Both the position numbers and the translations under genes were made by a program. The notes below the pieces were generated by a model. It was not told where the DNA came from, did no database searches, and was given only the letters and a program-made list of their open reading frames with translations. A stretch of 40,820 bases of DNA from Acidobacteriota bacterium (GTDB taxonomy: Bacteria > Acidobacteriota > Blastocatellia > HR10 > JACQTD01), in contig JACQTD010000082.1 in assembly GCA_016210985.1 (NCBI GenBank), positions 1 to 40,820 of the forward strand, read 5' to 3'. Every line of letters starts with the position of its first letter. Position 1 is the first letter of the stretch. Positions 26,938 to 35,609 of the stretch are shown here, piece after piece.

Positions 26938-27683
26938 ACTGAAAGGTCGCCAAGCAGATGTTGAAGAAGGGAGAGCGCCGCCACCGCAGCGGTTTCGGTT
27001 CGCAGGATCCGCGGTCCGAGTGTGACGAATCTTCCATTGTGCGCCTGCAACAGAGACCGTTCCGATTCGCCCCATCCGCCCTCCGGTCCGATCACCACGG
27101 CAAACCTCTCCGGCTCCCGCTGACCATGCAGAAGCTCGGGCAAAGGGAGTCCGCCCCGCTCGGTGAAGACCAGCATCGGTCCGTCCTCTGGCGAACGGCT
27201 GGAGACATAATCTTGCGGGCTAAGGGGAAGGGTGAAGCTGACCAATCGGCTCCGCCCGCACTGCTTTAATGCTTCGAGTGAGATCCGCTGCCACCGTTCC
27301 ACTCTCCTCGCCGCCTGATCCGCTCCCAGGCGCAGGTCGGCATGCTCGGTCGCCAGCGGCACTATGGAGGATACGCCCAGTTCGGTCGCCTTTTGAACGA
27401 TCCAATCGAACTTCTCACCCTTTACCAACGCCTGTGCCAGGGTGATCCGCACCGGAGCTTCTGCGGACTTCGAGAGGCGGGCGTCGATCGAGAGTTTGGT
27501 CTTGCCACCGTCGATCTGCAGCACGGTACATCGGTAGACGTGATCCTCGCCGTCAAAGACCTCGACTTCGTCGCCGATCCCAAGGCGGAGCACTCGCGCG
27601 AGATGGTGAGATTGCTCGCGATCGAGCTGCACCCGCTCGTTCGAAATCTGATCAGGTTGCGCGTAGAATCGATGCCTCCGCAT
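26916..27683 (-). CDS. rsmE: 16S rRNA (uracil1498-N3)-methyltransferase RsmE
   Basis: MRRHRFY...HHLARVLRL N-terminal PUA-like motif and the C-terminal VVIGPEGGW...LGPRILRTETA SPOUT knot motifs. Confidence 0.9.
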   Translation of the reverse strand: MRRHRFYAQPDQISNERVQLDREQSHHLARVLRLGIGDEVEVFDGEDHVYRCTVLQIDGGKTKLSIDARLSKSAEAPVRITLAQALVKGEKFDWIVQKATELGVSSIVPLATEHADLRLGADQAARRVERWQRISLEALKQCGRSRLVSFTLPLSPQDYVSSRSPEDGPMLVFTERGGLPLPELLHGQREPERFAVVIGPEGGWGESERSLLQAHNGRFVTLGPRILRTETAAVAALSLLQHLLGDLSVPETPIS

Positions 27684-27707
27684 CTCTGCCCGATCCTCCC
27701 GTTCCCG

Positions 27708-28601
27708 TCAACCCGCGGCCGCCAGCCAGGCCACCATCGACGCCCATTCTCCCGCCTCTTGACGCTCGACCACGTCGAGTCCCGATCGGATAAAGACCTC
27801 CGACACCTCGCCCGAGCGTTCGGTAAGGATTCCAGAGAGAATCAGTCGGCCGGACGGCTTGAGCATCGCGCCGAATCCGGCAACGAGCTCGACGAGCGCT
27901 TCCACGGTGAGATTGGCCACGATCAGGTCGAATCGGCGTTCACCGAGATCGGCGATCTGAACGTCCAGCACCTCGATGCGGTCGTCCACGCCATTGATGA
28001 TCACGTTTTCCCGCGCGATCGCCAGAGCCTCGGGATCGATATCGATGGCAGTGACCGCGGCTTGCGGTTCGAGCTTCGCCGCCGCAATCGCCAGAATGCC
28101 GCTTCCGGTGCCGACGTCGAGCACGGTGCCGCCGGTCCAGTGCCTTTCAATGGCCAACAGGCAGAGCTGCGTAGTTTCATGTGTTCCCGTGCCGAAGGCC
28201 ATGCCGGGATCAATCTGCACCAGAATCCGATCCTGGACTGCGGAAGGCAATCGCCAGGAAGGGGCGATCAGCCATCGCCCGCCCACTTCCCTCGGTTCGA
28301 ATCCTTCCTTCCATTTCTCCATCCAGTCCTCTTCCGGGAAGTCACAGACGGAGACCTGCAGTTCTTCATCCGAGATGCCCCCTCGCTCCAATCCTTCGCT
28401 GATCCAGGCGAGCATTCGCTCAGCGTCAGGCCGCTCGCGCAGGTAGACCGCCAGCTCCGACCGGGTGTCGCTCTCGCTGAGCGTCGCGACGCCGGTGACG
28501 CCCAGATCGATGAGGAGCGCCGAAGCGATCTCTTCCGCTTCACTGGAAACTTGTACGGACACCCGATAGAGCAGGCCTCGCGGGGCCTGGCCATTAATCA
28601 T
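27708..28601 (-). CDS. prmA: Ribosomal protein L11 methyltransferase PrmA
   Basis: IDPGMAFGTGTHETT and the SAM motif VLDVGTGSGILAIAAAKL. 297 aa. Confidence 0.92.
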   Translation of the reverse strand: MINGQAPRGLLYRVSVQVSSEAEEIASALLIDLGVTGVATLSESDTRSELAVYLRERPDAERMLAWISEGLERGGISDEELQVSVCDFPEEDWMEKWKEGFEPREVGGRWLIAPSWRLPSAVQDRILVQIDPGMAFGTGTHETTQLCLLAIERHWTGGTVLDVGTGSGILAIAAAKLEPQAAVTAIDIDPEALAIARENVIINGVDDRIEVLDVQIADLGERRFDLIVANLTVEALVELVAGFGAMLKPSGRLILSGILTERSGEVSEVFIRSGLDVVERQEAGEWASMVAWLAAAG

Positions 28602-28645
28602 AGAAGCATACTCTAGCGGGGAGAAGGATCTCCGTCGAGCGCCTC

Positions 28646-28669
28646 CCGGGACCGTACGTGCGGTCCCGG
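28646..28669 (-). terminator. GC hairpin (9-bp stem, 6-nt loop) 8 nt after the regulator stop codon. Possible terminator or processing structure.
   Basis: CCGGGACCG-TACGTG-CGGTCCCGG read directly. No U-tract follows. Confidence 0.3.
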
Positions 28670-28676
28670 CGGGCGG

Positions 28677-30272
28677 TTAGGGGGACGTCGTCGAGCTGAC
28701 TTTTAACCGCTTGATCATAGCCGACAACGTGGTCTCCTTGAGTCTGAGCAGACCGCTGGCCTTCCGTTGATTGCCGGCCGTGATCCGCAACGCGGACTCC
28801 ACCAGCGCCCGTTCAAACTGCGAGGTGACCTGATAAAAATCGATGCCCTCTTCCCCTACTCTCGCCCGCGGGACCGGCTCGCAGACCTGTCCAACCAGGT
28901 TTCGAAGTTGAGGCAGATCCACGGGCTGGGGACGCATCCGCATGATCGAGGTCTCCACGGTGGACTTAAGCTCACTCACGTTCCCGGGCCAGCGATGGGC
29001 CCCGAGCGCGTCGAGGGCCTCGGGTGTGAATCCGGCGAAGTCACGCTGGTTCCGTCCCGCAAGTTCCCGGGAAAACCGCTCGACGAACAAGGGAATATCT
29101 TCGGACCTATCCCTCAGGGGTTCGATGACGAGCGTCGACTTCACGAGGTACTCCGATAACTCGGGGAGCAGGGCTGCGCTCTCTTCCAGGGCCGGGAGGG
29201 GCAATTCACTTCCCATAATCAGTCTGACTTCGCTCCGGTGAGCGTGCGCCTCGCCCCCGCGGCGGAAGCGCCGATTTACCGAAAGCTCCAGCAACTGGCG
29301 CTGCTGCTCATGGGTGAGTCCATTGATCTCGCTGATGTAGACCGTTCCGGCGCCGCTCAGTTCGGCCAGTCCCCTTCGCACGATCGGGGATCCCAGGGGA
29401 TTCGGCTCGACACTGCCGAATACCAGGTTGAGGAAGTGAGGTACCGGAAACCGTGCGGCATCCAGATGAACAAAGGGAAAACTCGATCGCTGGCTGTGGG
29501 AGTGCAGCGCACGCGCGATTGTCTCCTTGCCGGTCCCCCGTTCACCGCTGAGTAGCATCGGCGCCGCATAATCGGCAAACGCGCTCACGAATGTCCTTCG
29601 CCGCCGCGCGCCGAGGCTCACGCCAATGATCTCCTGTGAGGAGAAATAAGCCTTGAGCTCCGACATGAGGTGCCGGTTCTGATCCTGGAGATCTTCCACC
29701 TGGCTCTGTTGCTCCATCACCGAGGAAAGTTCCTCGAGATGAATCGGCTTCAGCAGGTACCGGTAGAGCGAGGCCCGAAAACGGCTCCGGACCCATTCCA
29801 AGCCTTCGGCAGAGGTCAGGATGATCAGCCGCGAGTGGGTAAAGGCCTCCGGGTAGGTCAAAAGGAAGTTCCTGGCCGAATCGACATCAACGACGATCAT
29901 CGCGTAATCGCGCCGGCAGAGGAGACCGAGGTCGGCCTGATCGCCGTGTGTGGCATCGACCGCGTACCCAAGCTCGGTCAAGTATCCGCTCAGCGAACTC
30001 TGAAACCGCTCATCGGCCTCAATCAACAATACTCGGTTGGCACGGGGGACGGACTCACCCCTGGCCGCCGGGACCGGTGCGCCGGGAGAAGGTAGCTTCG
30101 GACTCGACATGGGTAACGCAACTCCGTGGGCGTGGACTTCATCGGTTTCATAGACCGTTTCCGCGCCCGAAGGTTCTGAATAAAATCGCTCCGGCATGGG
30201 ATTCCGACACTCCTGACCTTTCTCGTTGTTAAAACCGCGGAATGACCCTTGACGAGCCTGTTGATCACTCAC
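28677..30272 (-). CDS. NtrC-family (receiver - AAA+ - Fis HTH) response-regulator-like protein with degenerate AAA+ and no GAFTGA loop
   Basis: Receiver-like segment VLLIEADE...AMIVVDVDS...LIILTS...YLLKP. Walker A is GERGTGKE. WPGNVSELKS is present. C-terminal HTH is GNQRKASGLLRLKETTLSAMIKRL. GTG start; alternative internal ATG starts exist (M26, M55). Confidence 0.85.
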   Translation of the reverse strand: MSDQQARQGSFRGFNNEKGQECRNPMPERFYSEPSGAETVYETDEVHAHGVALPMSSPKLPSPGAPVPAARGESVPRANRVLLIEADERFQSSLSGYLTELGYAVDATHGDQADLGLLCRRDYAMIVVDVDSARNFLLTYPEAFTHSRLIILTSAEGLEWVRSRFRASLYRYLLKPIHLEELSSVMEQQSQVEDLQDQNRHLMSELKAYFSSQEIIGVSLGARRRRTFVSAFADYAAPMLLSGERGTGKETIARALHSHSQRSSFPFVHLDAARFPVPHFLNLVFGSVEPNPLGSPIVRRGLAELSGAGTVYISEINGLTHEQQRQLLELSVNRRFRRGGEAHAHRSEVRLIMGSELPLPALEESAALLPELSEYLVKSTLVIEPLRDRSEDIPLFVERFSRELAGRNQRDFAGFTPEALDALGAHRWPGNVSELKSTVETSIMRMRPQPVDLPQLRNLVGQVCEPVPRARVGEEGIDFYQVTSQFERALVESALRITAGNQRKASGLLRLKETTLSAMIKRLKVSSTTSP

Positions 30273-30483
30273 GGTTCCGCCAAGTTCGGGTTTCTAAACG
30301 CACCAGAACAGCAATAAGTTCCGGGATTTCTTTCGCTTCCCCTGTGAAACCTCTCATCGTTTCCGGGACTTCAATCACCAAATCAGTGCAAGCTTGTTCT
30401 CTCGCAACACTCAAATTCCAGAAAAGTGCACGACGAAACAGGGAATTGTGATCGGAGAGTAGACGCGAGCGAACGGCTGACCG

Positions 30484-31326
30484 TTAACTTTCGGGTCCGA
30501 ATCGGGGAGGGGGTGGCAACTTCTTGCGGAGAAAGGTCTTGATGATATCCGTGAACTTCTCTCTAAACTCCAGCATCGGGAAGTGGGCAGAGTTCTTCAT
30601 CGTGGCCAGGGTCGCCGCTCCCACTTGCGCGTAGAGCCGCCGCATGACCTGCAACGAGGATAGCCGGTCATCCGCGCTGGCGATCAGGAGGAGCGGGGTT
30701 CGGGTTCCGACCACCGTGCGCCAGAAACTCCCAACGGTGTTCTCATCCAACGCAGATGAAAGCATTTCCCAGAAATAGACCGGGTTCAAACGGGTCAGAT
30801 CTTTGGCAATCCAGGATCTGTACTGTGAAGGAATTCTCTCGATCGAATACCTCCGGAGAATCAGCCGTCCTACCAGCGGCAAGGAAAGCAGATGCCGGCA
30901 CAACATCACCGTCTGGCCGAGCCGTGCGTGGAGATCGGCCAACTCCGGATCCTGCGGAGCAATGGCGAGATTGACCAGCGTCAGGGTCCGGACATCCTGA
31001 GGATGATTCTGCAGGCAGGATCCGGCAATGAGGCTGCCGAACCCGTGTCCGATCAGATGAACTTCACCGAGTCCCAACGCCAGTAGAGCCTGGTGAAGAT
31101 CCTCGGCCTGAGCTTCGACATCAAAGGTTCCGCCGGCGGTGCCGGTTTCGCTGCCGCCGAAGCCGCGAGGGTCGATCGTGACGCACTTGAACGTGTCTTT
31201 CAGCAGCGCGACGCTGGGATACCAGTAGGCCTGGGTAAAACCACAATCGTTGATAAAGACGATCGGCTCTCCCTCACCCTCAACCTGGTATTGGACGTGG
31301 CCGGCCTCGAGTTGCAGTACGGGCAT
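30484..31326 (-). CDS. Alpha/beta-hydrolase-fold protein; the nucleophile elbow reads GHGFG, with no Ser
   Basis: The overall pattern fits the fold: PIVFIND.GF...DPRGFGGS...HLIGHGFGSLIAG...ADD...NSAHFPMLE. The canonical G-H-S-x-G Ser position is Gly95. Confidence 0.8.
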   Translation of the reverse strand: MPVLQLEAGHVQYQVEGEGEPIVFINDCGFTQAYWYPSVALLKDTFKCVTIDPRGFGGSETGTAGGTFDVEAQAEDLHQALLALGLGEVHLIGHGFGSLIAGSCLQNHPQDVRTLTLVNLAIAPQDPELADLHARLGQTVMLCRHLLSLPLVGRLILRRYSIERIPSQYRSWIAKDLTRLNPVYFWEMLSSALDENTVGSFWRTVVGTRTPLLLIASADDRLSSLQVMRRLYAQVGAATLATMKNSAHFPMLEFREKFTDIIKTFLRKKLPPPPRFGPES

Positions 31327-31354
31327 GATCGGATCCGCGCTCCGTCCGGGATGT

Positions 31355-31600
31355 CTACTCCTGAATAGGTCGCTTGAACGTGAACTTGACGTACCGGCTC
31401 AGGGAGACGATATCGATGGATTTCTCAGAACGATGGACGACAAAACCATCCACGTAGACGTTGATCAGCTCCCATCCCTCCGACCCGAGCTGGTTCAAAC
31501 CGGCGTCCACATTCTCATCGATAAAATCCTTGCCCGTGACAATGGATCCCACCTTCCTCACCTCACCCCAGTCCAGCGTCCTATACTGCCACTTGGTCAT
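31355..31600 (-). CDS. Small DUF4177-like protein (81 aa)
   Basis: MTKWQYRTL...LNQLGSEGWELINV pattern. GGGAGG RBS lies upstream. Confidence 0.6.
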   Translation of the reverse strand: MTKWQYRTLDWGEVRKVGSIVTGKDFIDENVDAGLNQLGSEGWELINVYVDGFVVHRSEKSIDIVSLSRYVKFTFKRPIQE

Positions 31601-31691
31601 ACCGCACCTCCCCGCACGCCATCACCAGATCCTTCGCCCCCTCTCATCACGCCTGGAGGCCCGCCCGCCGGAGTTTCCGGGATCCGCTATT

Positions 31692-32747
31692 CTACCTGAC
31701 GGCCAGACGCCGTACGATGGCGTCTCCACAGCCGGAGGTGCCCAGCCTTCCGCCCAGCTCCACCGTCGTCTCATCCGCCTTCAGGCACTCGGCTACGGCC
31801 TGTTCGACTTCGGCGGCCGCCGTGAGCGCATCCAGAAACTCGAGCATCATGGATGCGCTAAGTATGGCGCCCATCGGGTTCGCCGTCCCCTTGCCGGCGA
31901 TATCCGGAGCGCTCCCATGCACAGGCTCAAACAAGGAGACCGATCCGGGGTGAATATTCGCCGAGGCTGCCAGGCCGAGGCCGCCCACGAGACCGGCACC
32001 CAGATCGGTCAGAATATCCCCAAAGAGATTGTTGGTGACGATCACGTCGTATCGACCCGGATCGGTCACGAAGAACATGGCCATGGCATCGATGTATTGA
32101 TGCCTCGCCTCCACATCCGGATATCTGGTGGCGACCTCCCGGAAAGCGCGCTGCCAGAGTTCGTGTCCGTAGGTCAGCACATTGGACTTATCCGCCATCG
32201 TCACGCACTTTCGCCCATGCGCACGCGCGTACTCAAAGGCCGCCACCACGATCCGCTCGACCCCCCTCCGCGTATTGATGTCTTCCTGGATAGCGACCTC
32301 ATCCCCGGTACCTCGCTTGAACTGTCCGCCGATCCTCGCGTAGGGCCCTTCCGTGTTCTCCCGAAAAACAACGAAATCGATCTCACGGGCGCTTCTGCCC
32401 TTCAGGGGCGAGCGTCGTTCATCCAGGAGTTTCACGGGCCGGAGATTGATATACAGGTCCAAGCCCGTGCGGAGCCCCAGCAGAATGTCGCCGGCGTGCC
32501 GATTGTCCGTGATCCGCGGATCGCCGAAAGCTCCGGCGAGAATCGCCGAGTATTCCCTACGGAACATCTCCAGCGCGTCGGCCGGCAGCGAGACCTGGTC
32601 CCGAAGGTACCTGTCGGCGCCCCAGTCGAAATAATCCAATCTTAGTTGGAGTCCGAAACGGCGATTGGCCCACTCGAGGACCTTTACTGCCTCGGGGACG
32701 ACTTCCTTGCCGATTCCATCGCCGGGAATGATCGCGATTCTTCGCAC
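31692..32747 (-). CDS. Isocitrate/isopropylmalate dehydrogenase-family enzyme (3-isopropylmalate or tartrate dehydrogenase-like)
   Basis: IAIIPGDGIGKEV, RENTEGPY, NLFGDILTDL and HGSAPDIAGKGTANP motifs. 351 aa. Substrate specificity cannot be assigned by eye. Confidence 0.85.
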   Translation of the reverse strand: MRRIAIIPGDGIGKEVVPEAVKVLEWANRRFGLQLRLDYFDWGADRYLRDQVSLPADALEMFRREYSAILAGAFGDPRITDNRHAGDILLGLRTGLDLYINLRPVKLLDERRSPLKGRSAREIDFVVFRENTEGPYARIGGQFKRGTGDEVAIQEDINTRRGVERIVVAAFEYARAHGRKCVTMADKSNVLTYGHELWQRAFREVATRYPDVEARHQYIDAMAMFFVTDPGRYDVIVTNNLFGDILTDLGAGLVGGLGLAASANIHPGSVSLFEPVHGSAPDIAGKGTANPMGAILSASMMLEFLDALTAAAEVEQAVAECLKADETTVELGGRLGTSGCGDAIVRRLAVR

Positions 32748-32760
32748 GCTCCGATGATCC

Positions 32761-33741
32761 TCACCGTTTGCGCGCCGCCGTCCCGTCGTAAATGGCCGCG
32801 AGTGATTTGATCACGACGTCTCCGACAATCTTCATGCTGTCGCCGCTGACCTTATCGACCGTATCCTGCACGGTATGCCAATAGGGGTAGCGGAAGTCGA
32901 TGAGGTCCACGGCCGGAAGGCCGTTTTCGAGAAACGGCACGTGATCGTCGGCCACCGACTGTCCCGAAGGAAGGAAATGAAGGCCGTAGCCCAGGCTCTC
33001 GGCGGTCTCCCAGATGATGTCGGTGATCGACGGCGTGGAATATCCGATCTCACGGTCGAGACCAAGGTCCTTATCTCCGATCATATCGATCAGCACGAGG
33101 GCCCTGGCCATCCGGATCGTGCCATCTCTGACCATCTTCTCGGCAAGATGTCGGCTCCCATAGGTATGATCTTTCCCGTTGAGGCACTCATACCAGTCCC
33201 AGCAAAACGCCTCTTCGCCATCCAGAAAAACAAACCAGGTGGTGTGCTTCGGTTTCCCCGCCTGCTGCGCCATTGTGCGCGCGATCTCCAGGAGGGCGGC
33301 CGTACTCGACCCACCGTCATTCGCGCCTACGAAGACGCCGGACTTGAAGTACTTGGTGTCGTAATGGCCCGCCACCATCATGAATCCTTCTTCAACGCCG
33401 GGAAGAATACCGATGATGTTGGTCATCGACTTCTCGCCGAGCGGAGTCGTAGCCTGGAAGTCGTCCCGGAGAATTTTCAGGCCGTATTTCTTCAATTCCG
33501 CCAGAATATAATCCCGCATCCGGTCATGCCCGAGCGACCCAACTGGACGAGGGCCCATTTCAACCAATCGCTGGACATGATCAAGAGCCCGGGAGGCGCT
33601 GAAGTCGGTTGTCTCGGCCGGCGTTCCCCGGGGGGCAGGCGCGGCACCCGAAGCCGGCGCCATGGACTGTCCCGCACACGCCGGCGTCAGGAACAGCAGG
33701 GTCGTCAGCAAAACAGCTGGATTGAGTCTGGATGTCGTCAT
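32761..33741 (-). CDS. M28-family metallopeptidase, probable lipoprotein
   Basis: AGHYDT, FVFLDGEE and HTVQD metal-ligand motifs. The ORF is open to 33960. ATG at 33741 follows GAGAGG and yields MTTSRLNPAVLLTTLLFLTPAC, a lipobox-like signal. The longer version would overlap the divergent gene. Confidence 0.82.
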   Translation of the reverse strand: MTTSRLNPAVLLTTLLFLTPACAGQSMAPASGAAPAPRGTPAETTDFSASRALDHVQRLVEMGPRPVGSLGHDRMRDYILAELKKYGLKILRDDFQATTPLGEKSMTNIIGILPGVEEGFMMVAGHYDTKYFKSGVFVGANDGGSSTAALLEIARTMAQQAGKPKHTTWFVFLDGEEAFCWDWYECLNGKDHTYGSRHLAEKMVRDGTIRMARALVLIDMIGDKDLGLDREIGYSTPSITDIIWETAESLGYGLHFLPSGQSVADDHVPFLENGLPAVDLIDFRYPYWHTVQDTVDKVSGDSMKIVGDVVIKSLAAIYDGTAARKR

Positions 33742-33862
33742 CAGGAACCTCTCGGGTGTGCGCGGGGGATGTTCGTGAATCTCAACCTCAGGAATAACGA
33801 CTTCGATCATCGGATCCGGCAGTTCATCCGCTTCGGACCGGCTTGGGTGATGCTGCCGCCGG

Positions 33863-35608
33863 GTGCTAGCATCGCGGTGCGAGTACGCCATCTGGAGAAT
33901 CGTGTCCGACCCATCCATCCGCTCGCGGATCGGGATTCTGCTCTTTTCCGCCGCACTCATCGCCCTCCTGGGCTTGGTAGTTTATCACAGGCGGGCCTCG
34001 CATGAGCCGATCGAGCGCTGGGCTCCAGCCGGTTCGGTGTTGGTGGTGAAGATCGACGACCCGGTCCGGCTGCTCGGCAAATGGATGAGCACCGAAGTTT
34101 GGCGACAAGCCGCCCGCCATTACCAACTTCCCCTCGAAGTCGACGCCCTGAAAGAACGGGCGGCCGTGGCCCTGGGCGCGTCGCAGGGTGATCCCGGCCT
34201 CGGGCTCGAAGGCGTCCGATTGCTCCTGGTCGTAACCGCTATCGAGGCGACCGGGGATCATTATTCGCCACAGTTCGCTCTGGTGTTGGAACCTCATGGA
34301 GCCGGCGCCCGGATGAATGACTCGTCGCTGGTCTCAACTGCACGCAACTGGGGATTCCTGGTTGAGGACGTCGTTCCCTCCACGGCGGGAGCGCGACTTC
34401 ACGTCGCCCATCGGGTGGGCCGGAAAGAGCGCATCTATTTCGGAGTGGCCCACGGCTCGGTACTGATCGGAAACCGGGCGGAAGCGGTGATCCTGGCTTC
34501 GGAGGCCAAGGCGGGCAGAATCAAGCGGCTCATGGATGCGCCGGAGTTCGTCCGTGTCCTCGGGGATCTGCCGCCCGGTGAGATCACCGGATACGCGAGC
34601 GGCCGCACATGGCTCGACGCTGTCCTGGGTACGGTTCGCCGCCATTTCGATGCCGGACTCGGTTCCGGAACCGAACCGCCCGCCTCGGCGGACCAAATCG
34701 CGGTGCTTCCAGAGTTCGTTTTCGGATATTCGGCCGACGTGGAGCAAGGCACCTTCGTGGACCGATACCTCTGGATGATCGAGCCGGACCTGCTGCAGAA
34801 ACTGAAACGGATCCTTCCGTCCCCTGATGGCCTGCCTGAGATGCTCGCCTTCGCACCCGAAAGCCTGCCCAGCGCCATGATCCTTCGGTCGAGGGACCTA
34901 CGGCAGAGCTGGCTGAGCCTGCGTGAACATCTCGCGCCCTCGCGGTCGAACACCGTCAGCGCCTTGTGGGATGCGCTCGCCTCGAAGGGCCGCGAGCTGG
35001 CCGGTCTGCCGTTCGACGATCAACTACTTACCGCCGTCGGGGCCGAAGTGCTCCTGCTCGAATCTCCTACCGGAAGCCTTCTGGCCGGCTTCCCGGTGCA
35101 CGCCAAAGCCCCCCTGGCGGCGGCCATCGGCCGCTATTTCAAATCACGCGGCCTCAGCCCTGGGACTACGACGATCGGCGATGAGCTCTGGATCACTTCA
35201 CCGGGCGCGGATGCCATGGCCTTTGCTCTGGGAGAGCGCTTGTTACTGATCGGGCACGAGCAGAGCCTGCGGGCTGCGATGCCGGTGGTGCGTGCGCAGG
35301 ACTGGACTGGGATCAATGTTGAGCGATTGCGCGGTCACGGGCCGGCGATCCGCGAGGCCCTGGAGGTTTCGATCGGAAACAGCGCTCCCGAGACGTCGGC
35401 CGCGCTGTCGAATCTTGCCCGCTGGCTGGGACTGCCCGCCACCACCTCCCTCGGGGAGGCGGTGGCGCGTGTTACCGTCACCACCCGCATCTCAAAATGG
35501 ACCGATCATGGACTCTACTCGGAGACGCGCTCCGGGCTGGGCAATCTGGGAACGCTGCTCGCCGCCTTCGGCCCTGACGACCCGCCGCCGGAAGGAGTCC
35601 AGCCCTGA
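33863..35608 (+). CDS. Large hypothetical protein with one N-terminal TM anchor (possibly DUF3352-like)
   Basis: 581-aa ORF with coding-like composition. TM segment IGILLFSAALIALLGLVVY. No catalytic motif was recognised. The stop lies 1 nt from the convergent htrA-like stop. A start at GTG 33902 is also possible. Confidence 0.65.
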   Translation: MLASRCEYAIWRIVSDPSIRSRIGILLFSAALIALLGLVVYHRRASHEPIERWAPAGSVLVVKIDDPVRLLGKWMSTEVWRQAARHYQLPLEVDALKERAAVALGASQGDPGLGLEGVRLLLVVTAIEATGDHYSPQFALVLEPHGAGARMNDSSLVSTARNWGFLVEDVVPSTAGARLHVAHRVGRKERIYFGVAHGSVLIGNRAEAVILASEAKAGRIKRLMDAPEFVRVLGDLPPGEITGYASGRTWLDAVLGTVRRHFDAGLGSGTEPPASADQIAVLPEFVFGYSADVEQGTFVDRYLWMIEPDLLQKLKRILPSPDGLPEMLAFAPESLPSAMILRSRDLRQSWLSLREHLAPSRSNTVSALWDALASKGRELAGLPFDDQLLTAVGAEVLLLESPTGSLLAGFPVHAKAPLAAAIGRYFKSRGLSPGTTTIGDELWITSPGADAMAFALGERLLLIGHEQSLRAAMPVVRAQDWTGINVERLRGHGPAIREALEVSIGNSAPETSAALSNLARWLGLPATTSLGEAVARVTVTTRISKWTDHGLYSETRSGLGNLGTLLAAFGPDDPPPEGVQP

Positions 35609-35609
35609 C

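Noticed and set aside
28294-28304. GGTTCGAATCC, a tRNA T-loop-like motif
   Set aside because: It lies inside the prmA coding region. The flanking bases (CTC / TTC) cannot form a T-stem, and no acceptor or anticodon arms can be drawn.
27342-28616. 424-aa plus-strand ORF antisense to rsmE and prmA
   Set aside because: It spans two well-supported minus-strand genes and their intergenic gap, and has no recognisable motifs. It is a GC-driven open frame.
30318-30372. Direct repeats GTTCCGGGATTTC and TTTCCGGGACTTC, 42 bp apart, upstream of the regulator. Also the 13-mer CGTTTCCGGGACT shared with 26928-26940.
   Set aside because: An 11-of-13 match within a 211-bp region has roughly a 0.2 chance expectation. 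Exact 13-mer matches between any two places in a 40-kb window (both strands) are expected tens of times by chance. These are not evidence of a shared operator.
30403-30420. Sigma54-like TGGAAT...TTGC on the minus strand upstream of the NtrC-like regulator
   Set aside because: The GG-to-GC spacing is 2 nt too long relative to the TGGCAC-N5-TTGC geometry, and the -24 element is poor.
33742-33960. N-terminal 73-aa extension of the M28 peptidase ORF
   Set aside because: The internal ATG at 33741 has a GAGAGG RBS and yields a lipoprotein-type signal peptide. The extension is hydrophilic and atypical, and it would overlap the divergent gene starting at 33863.
31461-34005. Plus-strand ORFs 31461..32645 and 32875..34005, antisense to the IPMDH-family and M28 genes
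   Set aside because: The opposite strand carries clear enzyme signatures. These translations are Arg/Pro/Gly-rich and lack motifs.
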